Shown here: positions 27,885 to 41,100 of the stretch, in pieces | Numbering within the stretch: the stretch's first letter is position 1 | Layout: every line of letters begins with the position of its first letter | Source: Balanoglossus misakiensis | Lineage: Eukaryota > Animalia > Hemichordata | Reading direction: 5' to 3' | DNA: 64,000 nucleotides | Assembly (NCBI GenBank): GCA_040954595.2 | Contig: CM082589.2 | Span: 2,910,075-2,974,074 of the forward strand | The notes under the pieces: generated by a model | The model's database searches: none | What the model was told of the DNA's origin: nothing | What the model saw: only the letters and a program-made list of their open reading frames with translations | Program-made: the position numbers and the translations under genes

Positions 27885-30129
27885 TTCACATTTTAATGCG
27901 CCTCCTATTTATGTCTGAAAAAAGTAGCGAGTTGATTTATGTGTTAATTTTATAAACAAATTTTGCAAATTGATAAAAAAAGGTAGATTTTACGCACTAA
28001 TGCTATCCAATACACCCAATTTCGTGCGTTTCAAACTTGCAAGCAATTGGAAACCCCCCGGCGGAGTGATACGTGCCGGACACCTGCGGCGAAGGGACTA
28101 CCAGACGGGTTCCAGTGCGCGTTTATGATAAATGTAACTATCAGCGAACTAAACAGGGACGGGTGATTTGTTAAGGTGGAATCGTAGATACACTTTATCT
28201 ATGCTAAGTTGCTTGACTCGTATTGTATTCGGCAATGCAGTTATTTCCTTTATGTAAATAGTGCGAGGGGGAAACAATTGCCCGATGATGGGTTTCCATT
28301 TGTCGCGGCCGTGCGAAACCGTCATTTTTCTCTGTCAAAGTCTCTCTTTTTTCGACCCGGTGCACACCGAGATCTCCCCATATCTCCTAAAGCCTTTGTC
28401 TGTAGGTTAGACTACCCCTAATTGACTAAACACACGACTTCATAGCCGTACCCTGAACTGTGCGTAATACACGCGCGCGCACACATGCGTCATCAAAACT
28501 AAGGCACGGACACTGGGCTGGGGCAGTGAACGTTTTCAAACAACCGCGCGCGTGTGTGTGCTACTGTGGACCAGGGCGCGCAGTAAAACGCCAGGCGAAA
28601 TTACGATGACTGGCACTTTGCAAGGAATAATATTGCCCATTTTCAGATATTACAGTTCTTAGCCCAGGGCTGCGTATTTGTCTTCGTTTGAGGTGACGCA
28701 ACTCTGGTGGCGTCTCTCTCGGGGGAGTCGCCCGGCAAATCTCTGGTAACACGTCTACTATGAAATGGTATGAGTAGGCAAAATGGATAGGGCCAATCTT
28801 GGAAAATCTATCACTTTGAGAGCGTTGAAATGAGTAATAAAATCAACGATGTGTGAGGCTCGCTCCTTTGCTCAGAGGTCTCCAATTCCTTTCTCTTGTT
28901 TTTTTTCGATATCGCTTCACCTGAAAGCATAGCCTCATTGAAACAACGAAATCAACTTGTTATTCAACATCTTTGCAACGTCTTAATTTGCTTGTGTTAG
29001 TATCGTGTGCTGTAGTGTGCTGTTATGTTAGAAATAACTAAGCTTACACATGCAGGTCACTAAACAAACATACATTTTTCTCAATCATGCTGTCACATCG
29101 GGTCTTAACGCGGATAACTCAAACCGAAATAGTGCACATTTGCTGGTAGCCAGTGCTGGTCGTACGTTTCCTCAAAAACAGTAGTTTATTAGTAGACTGT
29201 AAGCCCCCCCCCCCCCCTTTTCCAGTAGACTCCCTACACAAATCAGCGCACAGTGAAGGGACATGGTTGCACAGTAGGCTTGGAGCTGGCTGTCTGCAGC
29301 TGTTTACGCTGCCATATTTGTTTTCCACCCTTAACTGTTACCCGGTGTCTATTTCGCGCGTACGTGACAATGACCCCGATATTGTCACACAAAGGAAATT
29401 GGACTGCGTGTGTCGTTGTTATGTTCATTTCGTTCCGACAATTACGCGTGAAAATTACTATTTCGAGGGTCGGCGAAAAAAAACAAGTTTCGCGAAATCA
29501 AAAGACACGACGCGAAACCTGAGTTTAATTGGACTTAGCTCGCCTAATTCCGTGAATCAAAAACAAATCCCAAGACATAAATACCTTCCAATTTTTGATT
29601 GTGTTATAAAACTGGAAGCCCAACGTAAATCTATAGGTTGTGTTGGCCTGCTATTTTTTTGATAGAGTCCTGACTTGAGTTGAAGTCACGTTAGTTCTAT
29701 TTCGTTTGAGTTCTCAACATGAGTGAAACTACACGTGTACATGCCTTCGAAGAAATTCACCAACTTTCTGTTCAACCTTCAGCTAAAAGTTGAACTTTGT
29801 TCTTGTTCCCAGGGAATAGAAACCTCACTGCATTCTTGTCTTCGTGCGGATAACGATCACCATGCTGATACACGACACAGTGTTTGCCAAATGCGTTCTA
29901 CCCGTATAATTATCGGTCAGAAACATTTCCTAATTAATTAATTACCTGCTCATTAGATAATCAGCGTGACTGTTTAAATTAATTCCACTGGGTCATTCTC
30001 ATGCGACAGGTTATTACCACAAGGAATGCCCTCATCTCCCAGAAGGAGATGTTTGCTGTGCACACTCAAGTACAACAGCAATTTGAAGTATTTTAAGAGA
30101 TTCTGTTAATAGAACGAGTTCAAGAACGT

Positions 30130-30185
30130 TCTCTCTCCCTCTCTCTCTCTCTCCCTCTCTCTCTCTCTCTCCACCCCCCTCCCCC
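30130..30185. repeat. (CT)n microsatellite / pyrimidine tract
   Basis: Read directly. Confidence 0.92.
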
Positions 30186-30616
30186 ACTCGATTTCCAACG
30201 AGCTGTCACCAAATGGGAGTTATCTTTACAGCCCCGGCTAATATCTCTTTTAATTGGCTGGTAGTGGTCGTTAAACTGTATGCGGATTCAGCTTTAAAGC
30301 TAAGAAACTCGTAAATTCCTTTTTGTTACTGCGCTTACTCACTCGCTGGCATGATAGACACATGCATAGAGTACTAGTGTTCAGGGAAAAGAGATGGAGA
30401 GTCGAGGCCAACAATTGCAAGTCGTGCTCTAACTGTAAAATAATCGGGGGGAGAATTACGACAGCAATAAAGCGACCGAGAGCAGAGTTTCATTTCGAAA
30501 TCGCCTTAGATGAAAGACGAGTCCTTGTTTTGTCAAGATCACGTTCAATGACTGTAATAGATCTTGAACTCGTTACTTTTTGTCAAATAATGGCAGATAG
30601 AGAAAACGAGCTAGAA

Positions 30617-30705
30617 CAGTTCAGTTCAGTACTGTACTGTATCGTGTTGTGCTGTGATGTACTACATTGTATACTGTGTTGTACTGTACATAATAGAATA
30701 TGATA
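30617..30705. repeat. Degenerate pentanucleotide repeat (CAGTT/CTGTA/TTGTG family)
   Basis: cagttcagttcagtactgtactgtatcgtgttgtgctgtgatgtactacattgtatactgtgttgtactgtacataatagaatatgataa shows 5-nt periodicity. Confidence 0.75.
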
Positions 30706-33700
30706 ATCACCAATGCGTCTATTACCACCAGCAGGAATGTTTCTTATGTTCTTCTGAAAATCCACTGTTTTCAAAACTGTCTGCTGTTCATATACATGTA
30801 ATATTGATTGGTTATCATTTTGTAAAATATAGTTAGACAGGCGTGTTTTGGTGTCAAACTTGTCCTGTCGTCACGACTTGGTTATTAAACGATCTGTTGA
30901 TCGAAAGAGGCAGTCATGGTTCATGTGGTTTGTTTTAAAGATGTTCAGTGTGTCGTTGAAAGTCATGGATCAAAGGCCGGCGAGATTCTTGTCAACTGAC
31001 TGCGATCTCAGACATCGAATTAAAAGGATTGACGGGCATGCGTTGAAATGCTTGTTCCACAGGCGGTAGGGGCAGTGTCATTGAGTGCTTGTTGAATGTT
31101 AAAAGCAAGTGAAGTGTTGCTTGTGGCTCTTGTGTCGTGATCTGATGTGGGGCAGCCCCCCCCCCCCTTCCCGTCCCTCCCTGACAAGTTTCGATGCCTC
31201 TTGCATCTGGGAGATAACTGTATCTCGGCTACAGTTCTGACTGTCGTCTGCGCCTGTCAACTGACACAGTCCAGAGCCTCGTCTTATTGTTTGTGTTTCC
31301 ACACGGTGGAGGAAGTGCGATTGCCGGGCGTCAGAGCATTGAGTGACCCGGGCTGACAGCAGCCAGGCTTCGTCAAGTCTCGGCCCCTCCTCGTCGTACA
31401 CGTCTCGCTAATAGTGTGGTTGTTTTCTTAAGAAACCATATCTAGCCTCCCAAATGACCCTGGCTCGCCATAATGCACGTCGGGCGATGAAATACACATC
31501 ACAGACAGCGAGAGATGAGAGAGACTTTCACTTGAACCGAGTTGAAACCTCACGTGTATGCAAAATGCCACAAGAGAACCCGAAATCTCGATTCTGCGCA
31601 AGACAATGCCAGTTTCATTCTCACCTGTGAAGCAATAACTCATTACAGAATGAAGCTATCTAAAAATCTAATGCATTTCGGTCGAGACACAATTGCACTT
31701 GTGCATCACGCAACGGCGAATTTCACAGTATCAAACTTAAAACGCGCCCAATATGTTACAACGTAAAGGTGCATTCGCTTCCTTGGATAATAATACGGTA
31801 GTTAAGATGGCACACTTCGATTTTACGCCAAGTGAAACGGAAATATACGAGCTTTCTTCGCCTTGACGTTGCGCGAAATGACGGAGAGCGAGGTAGGCGT
31901 CCAGAGCCGCAAAAATAATGAGTTTGGCTCCAGGCGAAAAACAGCCGCTACCCGTGAACTACATCGATATGCCACGGTGCCTATTGTTCAAGGTTTTTTT
32001 TTCTTCAAAACGCGGTTATATGTGTGTGTATATACACATTAGTGATGCGTGTTCTGTAGAGAGAGAGAGCGATAACCCTCCTCAGAAGACGATAGCAGCA
32101 AGAATGGCGACGGGGATTTTTGTTCCCCGACGAGTGCTACCGAAAATAAATACACAAACAAGAGAATGCTTCAACGCTGCTCGAAGGACTGAAATAACAC
32201 TGTCCAAAGGTGATTCAATTTACACCCCGTGTTCGGTTCATTTTTCCCAGCACTCTCGCCACTTTAAAACAACATACAGTGTCTGAGCCCGGGCTCACAC
32301 GTGGTATGTGTAAACGCCGAGATAAGAGAACTCACGACATACACATAGCAGGGACGTGATGACAGGTCCGCGATGACGAATTGTGGGAAATTACGTACTG
32401 GTGAGCCGTTATATACCCCTATTGACTTCCACGTATATACCCCGGTCGTTTCCCCGAGATTGATTCAATAAACAGCGTTGTTGAAACAAAACAAAATAAA
32501 AGAAGTGGGGGCCAGTATCTCATCTCTGACGATAGTTATGGCATATTTAATCCGAAAGGAAGCGCCTGGTATAGTCATTCACTTATGCAGTTAAGTTGAA
32601 AAAAAGGGAAATCACAGATCTTAACAATCGATCGTTCTTTATTGTACCAAACCAAGCACACAGGCTTGTTTTTACAGACTATTTCCATAATAACCCGAAG
32701 TGAATACACTTTATTTTAGCGCACGTAGGCTTCCGTCTCATTCACCGACACCGCGTTAACCAAATCTTTTCAACGCAATTTGCATAATGCCCATCAATAT
32801 TACTGGTTTAACGCTAATGTTTATTTTAATTACGACAGGTGTTGAAACCTTCCCACAAATCAAATTAAACATTTTGTTAAGGACGGGCTTCATCGGTATA
32901 TATCTGTCTGTCGGTTCTGTGCGTGCAGTGATGGATACATCTCCCCGCCGATGGGTTGGTGGTGGATGGTGTGGTTTAAACGTTTGTATGTACCTGTGCA
33001 TGTTATGAGGGGGGGAGCTATATCGGGATTAACAGTTTACGGGGCACCCTGATAAGACACCGTGATAAGCAAAGGACTGGGGGAAAACCAATCCGAATGC
33101 GACCACGCATGGTATTGTGAGAAAGAGATAGCCATCTCTATACATATTCATATATGTAATGCTTCAATTTCGTCAGATCGGGTAGCAGAGAGGAAATTAC
33201 TGTATCGAGTCTTTTTTTTTAATGTTCCATCGCGAGTTCGACGTCTTCATTGTTGCCATTGGTTACAAGTAGGCGTATGTTTTGAATCTGGGCGAGCGTT
33301 AGTGGCTTCTTCAATCTGATGTTGAGATCAATGGTGTGGTTGCCGCGTCGGCAAAGCGCCGGCAAATGTGGGCCGTTGAAAGGACCACTGAATCGCTTCA
33401 TGATGTTCAGCCTTTTTTCTTGTCGGTGCCTCGTGTGTGCGAAGGACCGGGATTACTCTGAGCTCTCGCCGCCTCTGATAAACACCTAATCCGATCCCTG
33501 AAAAACCAATTAATGAGAGAAAATTGGCGGTAACGGAATCGATGGAGCACACTGGTTTTACCAACAGTGCATCCGCTGAAAAATGAAACCCGACGAAAAA
33601 GAAAAAAACCACACGTGACATCGCCCGATTGATGCTAATTGAGAACGAATTAGAAGGGCCTTGCTGATCTTCCGCCATAGCTTTCGACGCGAACGAGATA

Positions 33701-36700
33701 ATTAAGGCGTTTGTGAGACTTTTTTTTGCCAAAAGAGAGAAAGACAGAGTGATAAGCCAGAACATGTGTACATGTTTGGTACCAGATACATGGCATCAGT
33801 TAAGCCACATCGCGATCAATATACTTGAAAGTGTGCTGTGAATGCAATCAGGCAGGGAAGCAGTAATTACGCATCGGATACACCGTGTTCTTTCTCACGG
33901 CCGACGTGTCTCCTCTTTTTTCCTCCCATAACAGCGTCAGAACCCCCCCCCCCCTCGTGATTTGTCTGGATAAGTGAACATAATATTGACAAAATATAAA
34001 AAATGAAAGCAACCCGTAGACTTTAATCCTTTTAAGCGTAAAAACATATGCGATTGGAGTAACAGCGGCGGTTTTTTTAAAGAAATATATTGACTTTACG
34101 AATTCTTTTTCAAACAGTCAAAAACCAATACAGGTCCGTTACAAAAAAACAGTCCTTAAGGTGTTCAGGTTCGAGTGAATTCGATAGAACACGGAAATCA
34201 AGTGATAAATAAGGTTATTTTTCTGTTGCCCGTTTTTCGTCAGGAAATATAAGAGTGTTCCTGAATTACCCATAATTCCCTTGCCCTTTTCAGGGTTAGA
34301 ACGACACTTAACCAGTCCTTTGTTTATTTATCTCGATTTTTTCTTTAAATATGTCTAAACTGTGCCAATAAAACGAATAGAGTACAAAGCATTGTCTCGT
34401 TGAGCAGTAAATATAAACTGTGTTTCCCTCGGATTCACATCCGGGCACTAACAAGTACTGAATCGGTAAAGAGAGTTTAAAATGCAGAACTACATCATTA
34501 AAGAAACCGGTGATGATTTCTTTCTTTTTTCTGCTTCGAATGATAAGTATCAAATGAATGTTAAGACTTTTCGTAACGCGCAGACTGACCGTCATTTGAA
34601 TTTCTGTCTGTCTGTAGTCTTTTTTGCATTCCCGACGCTCTTTTCCTTGAAGCGCTCAGTGAGTGCAATATCATTGTCATTAGCTCGGCGGAGAAAATGA
34701 AAAGTCCAGACTACACGCCAAAACAGAAGCGGTTAATTTGGTGAAAAATACATCGATCAGGTGTAAAATCGGACTCAATCTGGAGAACGGGAAATGAATA
34801 TGGAAGATCTGTGCAGGCGAGGGGCCAGTGTTTGTTCGTGTCGGCAGACAGCAAAGGGGCGTATTACCCGCGTTTAGAGTTGTCTACTTATTACAGGTTT
34901 TGCATAGATGCTGTGATCAGTCGCATGGTTTGAGTTCATTTTCGATGTATTAGGTAGTGTTTTAGACCATGCCGCAATATCCTAACCACATTTTAATTAA
35001 CGTTCGATGCGCCGAATTTCCAGTGTATTAAACATGTTAGTCGGTCGTCCGTAGCGGTGTGCCTTCCCCCACAAAGGAGTGGGCTGCCGGGGACCTGACC
35101 TTTCTCTCTACGGGAGACCGACGAAAAATGCCGAGCCCAATGCAGCGGAAGAGTCTCTTTCCTCGATTTTTTGATGAAGCCAGGGCCCGTGAGGGATGAA
35201 TTTGTGGCCCGCGAAAAACATCAGAACGAACCTGTTGAAAGGGCGACGTCGGTGTTGTTATGCTGACCTCTGACCCAAGACCAATCCTCCCCCACGTTCT
35301 TTCCGCTCGCAGTCAGGGCTTTCAAAGGAATCTCCAAATCGCCGCCCATCCTTGTACATGTAAACACGATCATAGACTCTCGAAACACCAAATTGAAAAC
35401 TTTTTGGCGGAAATTACTTCACGGAGCTCTTTTTCTCTCTCATTGTGCGCTTGTCCCTGTTTTTTGTCTTGGTTATTTATGCCCAGACACTCAAGGAAGA
35501 AAATTGCTAATCGATTTGGGGTTGAAGTAATTAATTGCAAATCGATTACGCGCGTTGAGTCGCTTGAGAAGACTTCACTTTCTCGCTGCATTCATATGAA
35601 CCGTCTTGTTTAAACCAAACACGAAGTCACTATACAAAGTGACTCGCTGCAATGCCTTCTCGGTCCAACCCGCACGTGGTATCTGACAGAATCGCCGCTC
35701 TCTCAAAAAAAAAACGAACACAGAGTGACCCTTAACGATCAAGAGAGTACATCGATAAAGTTGACTCCCCCCCCCCCCCCCCCCCCATATAAAAAATCCC
35801 CTTTTCACGGATAACCTAGCGTTTAGCGGCTTAATCCACGGGTTACGGCCATTGTCCCTGTTAATCGGGGTTTTTACTCGAATTTTCTGCTTGAGTCTAC
35901 ATTTTCGGGGAGTTTGGGCCTGATGTCATTTCATTTGGATTTCTAAGCCCATTAAAGGCAACGGAGAGTGAGATCGTCCCCTCCTTTTGCGGTATCACTC
36001 GCCGACAATATCATTCTCTCGCTCAATTGGCCTGAGCTCTCTGTCGTGGGTATTACAGCTAATGGTGTTATCGCCAAGTGTATTAAAAATATGAATTGAA
36101 AATCGGGAAATGGGTCTGTACGCCAAAGTAAGCTGGCGTATTAAGCCCATATTTCGCCTTACCTCGTATTTGTCAATTCGGCGGGTTTGAACAAAAGACT
36201 GGTGGGATAGAAAAGAGAAGTACACACGTGTGACATAATCTAAGTTGCTGAAAAAAGGGAGGGCTTTCTTTCCGAAAGCGACAGCCTGAGAATTTGCTTA
36301 TAGAGAATTCCGCAAAGTTTTTGGGTTGGGGTTGAGTTACTCTATACACTTAATAAGTCTGATGTATTAGTTTAAGAAGATTTGATGCATATGTGTTTTT
36401 GTAATATCTTGTTGAGGGGTCATTCTCAGGTAGAGACTGGCGGTTATTTGCTAGAGCAAGCAAAATGTTCTTCGTGCTCTGTAACGTGGTAACCAAGTCA
36501 CCTAGCATCGCCGAAAAAAATGAAACTTCATTGTCCACGGGACCACATTCAAAGTTTACCTTGTTCCTGGTAAATCGCCCTTCTCTAAACGCATGGTGCT
36601 ACATTGTGTGGCTTTCCCGTCATGCCTCGCCACGGTTACCGGGACAACGGGACTGCCACGCCGGTGATTGCTTCCATGATTGTTTTGCCAGTGACTGTTT

Positions 36701-37598
36701 CGAATGGCATAGACTACTTAATGCATACAACTATTTTTTTCACGACTGATCTGCGTTTCCGAGGTGCGCTCATTCAACGCGTTTAACCCGGAGATATTGG
36801 GTTTTGTGTGCGCACGCTCAAGTCAGCGTCAGCCCGTGACCTCTTACCCCTCCCTTCCCCAGTTGCACGGCCATAGCGACAAAGACGACGGTGAACCCGT
36901 TCCGAGCTGTACTTCTTGCAGTAGAGGCACAACTGTACTCTATCCCCATTTTCGCCCTTTAATTAAACCTCCTTGCGAGTCAAAAAAAATCGCCAGATGT
37001 CGAGAGAAAAATGATATCCAGACTCGTTGCACGCTGACCTGGTCGTTCGTGCCAAACAGCCGGCAACAATGGCGTGTGTACCTTGTAGGACGAAGATTTA
37101 TGACTACGGTGGCCCGAACGTGTCAGATGTTAGGGTAATGCTGGTGGAATTTATTGAACTTACGTTTCGCCCCGACACAGTGGCGACTCCAACGCCTCGT
37201 GTCTTCAGTTACAGCCATACACGCGCACGTGTCACCCGACTGAAGCCTGGATGCACGCTTTACCCAACACGCCACGGGATTTTTTTTTTCGGGACAGGCA
37301 TTGTTTTCGGGGAATCGAAATGAGTTGTTAAACTGTAGGTCGCAACATGGCGTATCCTATCCGAGAGTCGACATGATTTATCTGAAAATGTGGTCACCAA
37401 TACGTCTTCTTCAAATAAAAACAGAGCAGCAGAGATGACATGTATAACAAAACACAAAGTCTCGGCGACCTATCTTATATTTGCTTTAATAAATAGTCAT
37501 CGATCGATTAGGACTGACTGATGAACGTACGACCGTGCAATACCGTTTCGTTTTGTTATTTCCGATAGTTGTTGTTTGGCTGTCTGTATATATACACT

Positions 37599-37623
37599 TT
37601 TTGTTTGTTTGTTTGTTTGTTTG
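37599..37623. repeat. (TTTG)n microsatellite
   Basis: Read directly. Confidence 0.88.
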
Positions 37624-37837
37624 TGTATGGAATATTTGTTTGATATTCATTATTTGTTTGTTTCATTCCCTATACCGAGGTGCGTACCAACAATAACCCG
37701 ACACGTTTCAAGTAGTCACTGTATCCAGTGCCAAACTTGCACTTGTCAAAAGCCTAAACTTCAAAGGTTTAACAAGGAATGCGTTATTCAAACATCGGTT
37801 CCAATTGTTGACGTGTGTAATTATCTTTCGTCAACAG

Positions 37838-37956
37838 GGCAAAGTCAAAGAATGGTGGCCGACTCCTTCGTGAGAAGTTAGAGAAAATAGGTCTTAGTCT
37901 GCCAGCCGGACGTCGAAAGACAGCCACTGTCACCCTGTTTACGTCACTAGTGGAAG
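37838..37956 (+). CDS. TFAP2: AP-2 family transcription factor, 119-nt coding exon (equivalent to human TFAP2A exon 5; basic region)
   Basis: Absent from the ORF track; translated by hand as (R)[39 protein letters not shown](G), matching the AP-2 motif [21 protein letters not shown]. Acceptor tctttcgtcaacAG ends at 37837. Donor AG|GTGAGT starts at 37957. Phases 2/1 join correctly to both neighbouring exons. Confidence 0.97.
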
Positions 37957-38110
37957 GTGAGTCAAGCTTGTATTGTTAGGTGTTCGTACCCCCCCCCCCT
38001 CTCTCTCTCTCTCTCCCCTCCCCCACCTTCCTGAAAAACCGACAGGTGAGTTAAGCTTGCTATTGTCAAGAGTTCGTACTCCCCCTTCCTTTCTTTCTCG
38101 CCCCCCCCAT
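37955..38110 (+). repeat. Short tandem duplication (89-nt offset) of the exon donor-site region
   Basis: AGGTGAGTcAAGCTTG-TATTGTtAgGtGTTCGTACcCCCCC at 37955 aligns with AGGTGAGTtAAGCTTGcTATTGTcAaGaGTTCGTACtCCCCC at 38044. Both copies are followed by pyrimidine tracts. Confidence 0.85.
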
Positions 38111-41100
38111 CCCTTGATCGTACTTGATTATGAGATACATGTATGAGAAAAAATGTTACAATATAGTTGTCAATTTACTGTAACTGGGCCCTTAATGATT
38201 CATGTGGAAATGTATAGATGCGTAAGCGAGTCAGTGAGTTTTGTGAGTTATTGAGCGAGTCGATGTGCAAGTGGGAAAATGGAGACGACTGCTGGAAACT
38301 GCTTGGTGAATGAATACGCGGGGATTGAAATAACGAGGGAATAAGTATAATGCAGAGAATGGGGGTGAGTGTGTAAGTTAACAAGCTCTCGATTGAATGA
38401 CGTGTGAAAGAGAAAACATATACACTGCGCGTCTTAGTAAAACGGTCTGGTTGCATGGTACTCGCACAATATGCGCGAGAGGAGGGCACGCTGGGCAGTT
38501 TGAATGTCAAAAAATCCGGGGTGTTATTGACACGTGTCAGTACACAAACCCGGCCGAGTCATTTCAGGGCATGCCAACCTGTTAGTTTCAAACAGTCTAT
38601 CTCGCTCTCGATAGCGTGTAATTACGCTTGCAAATAACAGCGAGGGACCGCGCCGCCGACATGGCCAATTTTTGTCTCCGTAGCTAGACGGGAGTTTCCC
38701 AATTAGGGCAAGTCGACTCGAGAGCGTAACAAAACGGTGTCCCCGCTGAGAAACGAACAAATGAAATGTACTTGTACAGGCAAATATGTTTAACTGCAGC
38801 CGTTGTTCCTGAGGGGGAACGGCTTAATATATGTGGAACATAGATTTGTGTGGCACTTATATATTCCAAACAGACGTCCTGTGTACATTTCATAACCGAC
38901 TCCTGCCGGGTCAAAAGGCATGTGCTCCAAGAACAATATGGAAATGACATTTAGAAATAATTTCAACTGAGCGATGCACTGATTTCACCACTGGGTCTAT
39001 TTCTCGCGATAAACCCAAATTGAATGTGCCAGAGGCGAAGATCCGTCTTTGATTGATTTCTGCAGCTTAACTTGTTTATTGTGTCTTATCTAATGGAGGA
39101 AAAGAGTTAAATCGCCCAATTTTGTCGAGTTTCCACAAACCGCGGAAATATTCACGGAAACGTTAGATTTGAATTTCTTAGGTCAGTATTTCCATATATT
39201 GGCGGGAGAACAAAAAGAATCGCCACCCGATTTGATTGCCTGTTATTGTAAGATATGAGAATTGCATTACGTCGCTTCGTTTTATCTGTGGAGTTTAATT
39301 ATTTCGGGTTAGATTAGCAAAAAGAATTTAAGAGGTTTTGTCTTGCTTCGGGGTACGACATGTTAAGGTATAATTAAAACTAGTGGCGTGTGGCGGGGGT
39401 AATAATTGATATCTAACAGGAGTGAGCGGGCAATATTCCCAAGCCCGTACCTCGGGCAAAAGACGGTGCTCCCAATGTGTCGACCACTGTCCACTTAACG
39501 TCTACGCGGAGAGATAAACATCGGCATGAAAATCACATTTTCAATTATAACTTTCTATAGTCCGTTTCCACGCGCCAGAACCACTTCGATAAGCAAGTAG
39601 TTAAGGAAATAATTGAATTTCCGCGTTTCCGCTTCTGCTGGCTTCCAAGTTGTCAATTCCAACGACTTATACGACCGCCTTATCTCAACAACTTCTCTGA
39701 AGCAATTAGTGACAAACAATGGGCGGTTACTTTTTTTCCGAGGATTTGAGTGGCGGATGAGACGCTTAAACCCGTCAATTACGACGGCAGTCATCAAAAT
39801 CTGGCAATTTAAAGCTGCATTATCAGAATTAAAGTTGGCCAATTTGCAGGAAAGTCATTAACACCACGTCAATTTGAGCGGAAATCATAAAATCTTATCA
39901 ATTTCAAATAAGATCACTAAAATACGAGTCGTTTGCACATTCGGATTGTGAGCGCGACAGTTTCATATTTATACGTGTGAAACAAGTCTACAGTGAGACA
40001 TAAAATGAAAAATCACAGTGTCTCGGTTTTTAAATCGACTTGGCGAGGTCATTTATTATTGAAATAATCAGATTTTTAGGATCATATGGAAAAAAACAGA
40101 GCTGGCTAGGAGAGAGTCAAGTGGGATCAATTGTACGTTTGATTCAGACAGATTTAAAGTGAAACGGACAAACCCTGTCAATTCCAAGTGAAATTAACAA
40201 GGCATTGTCGTTTTTCGGAGTCCCATCAAGTTTGACTTGATATACCCTGATTATTGTGGGGAGGGCGTCACAAAATTGCTCTGTAAAATGACATCCCCAT
40301 TGTCATTTATTTCTGGCACGCACTCGAGGAGAAATGACTTGGACGGGGCCAATTTGGTTGCTCGCCACGTCAAAGGACTCGTCGCCTTCGGAGTTTTCTG
40401 TTAGCGCTTTGGTACGCGTCGATTTGCAGCGAGCGGACATAGCCAGAGGGGTCATGTTTGTGGACAATCAACAGGGACAGGTATGCTTTCATTACACGCC
40501 CCGTCTCATTCCGATAGCTTTGGCGAGCATTGTCTGCCAGGGCGCGCAGAAAAGAGAACAGTGGGTCGGGCGGCAGGTGTTGTTACATCTCACATGCCTT
40601 CCAGTGTTTCTCTGTTTTTGTTGTCGAATTCCGATCTCTTCGTCCCCGGCGCGACAGTTATGCAGGCACATGGCAATAGAATGCGTGGAAAAAAGAATTG
40701 ATCAAATTAAGAAAAGAGAGAATGTTTTTTGTTATTTTCTTCTTTTGACCAGATTCCTTTCCAAGTATAGAGTGAGGCCGCAATCAGTTTTGTTTTCTCT
40801 GAAAAAAGTTTCCTTGTAACGAAACAAACACGCTATCACAGCGTGTGTGGTACAGTTCTAGGTCTAGACATTTAAAAAAAAAATATGTATCGTGATTTCA
40901 TTTTTATGTAACTCCGTCACGATATAAGAACGGTCAAATATTAATGGCTTTATACGCCTTGAGGAAGTTTGACTTCGGGGTAGCTTTGTCGAATCTAATT
41001 TTGACGTTTAGCGAGATTTTGACACAAAGCAGTTCATTTCCGTTCTGATCACCTGTACAAGGCGCGGCAAGTGACCTGTCAACAACTCACTGTCAAGTTC

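Larger units (their letters stand above)
15887..37837 (+). other. TFAP2: TFAP2 intron, 21,951 nt, GT-AG, phase 2
   Basis: Defined by the flanking exons, which join in frame as ..VLR|RAKSK.. with no missing conserved residues. Confidence 0.93.

Noticed and set aside
27647-27955. His/Thr/Tyr/Ile-repeat and Met/Tyr/Val/Cys-repeat ORFs (also HSFI at 52278-52544)
   Set aside because: These are translations of tetranucleotide microsatellites.
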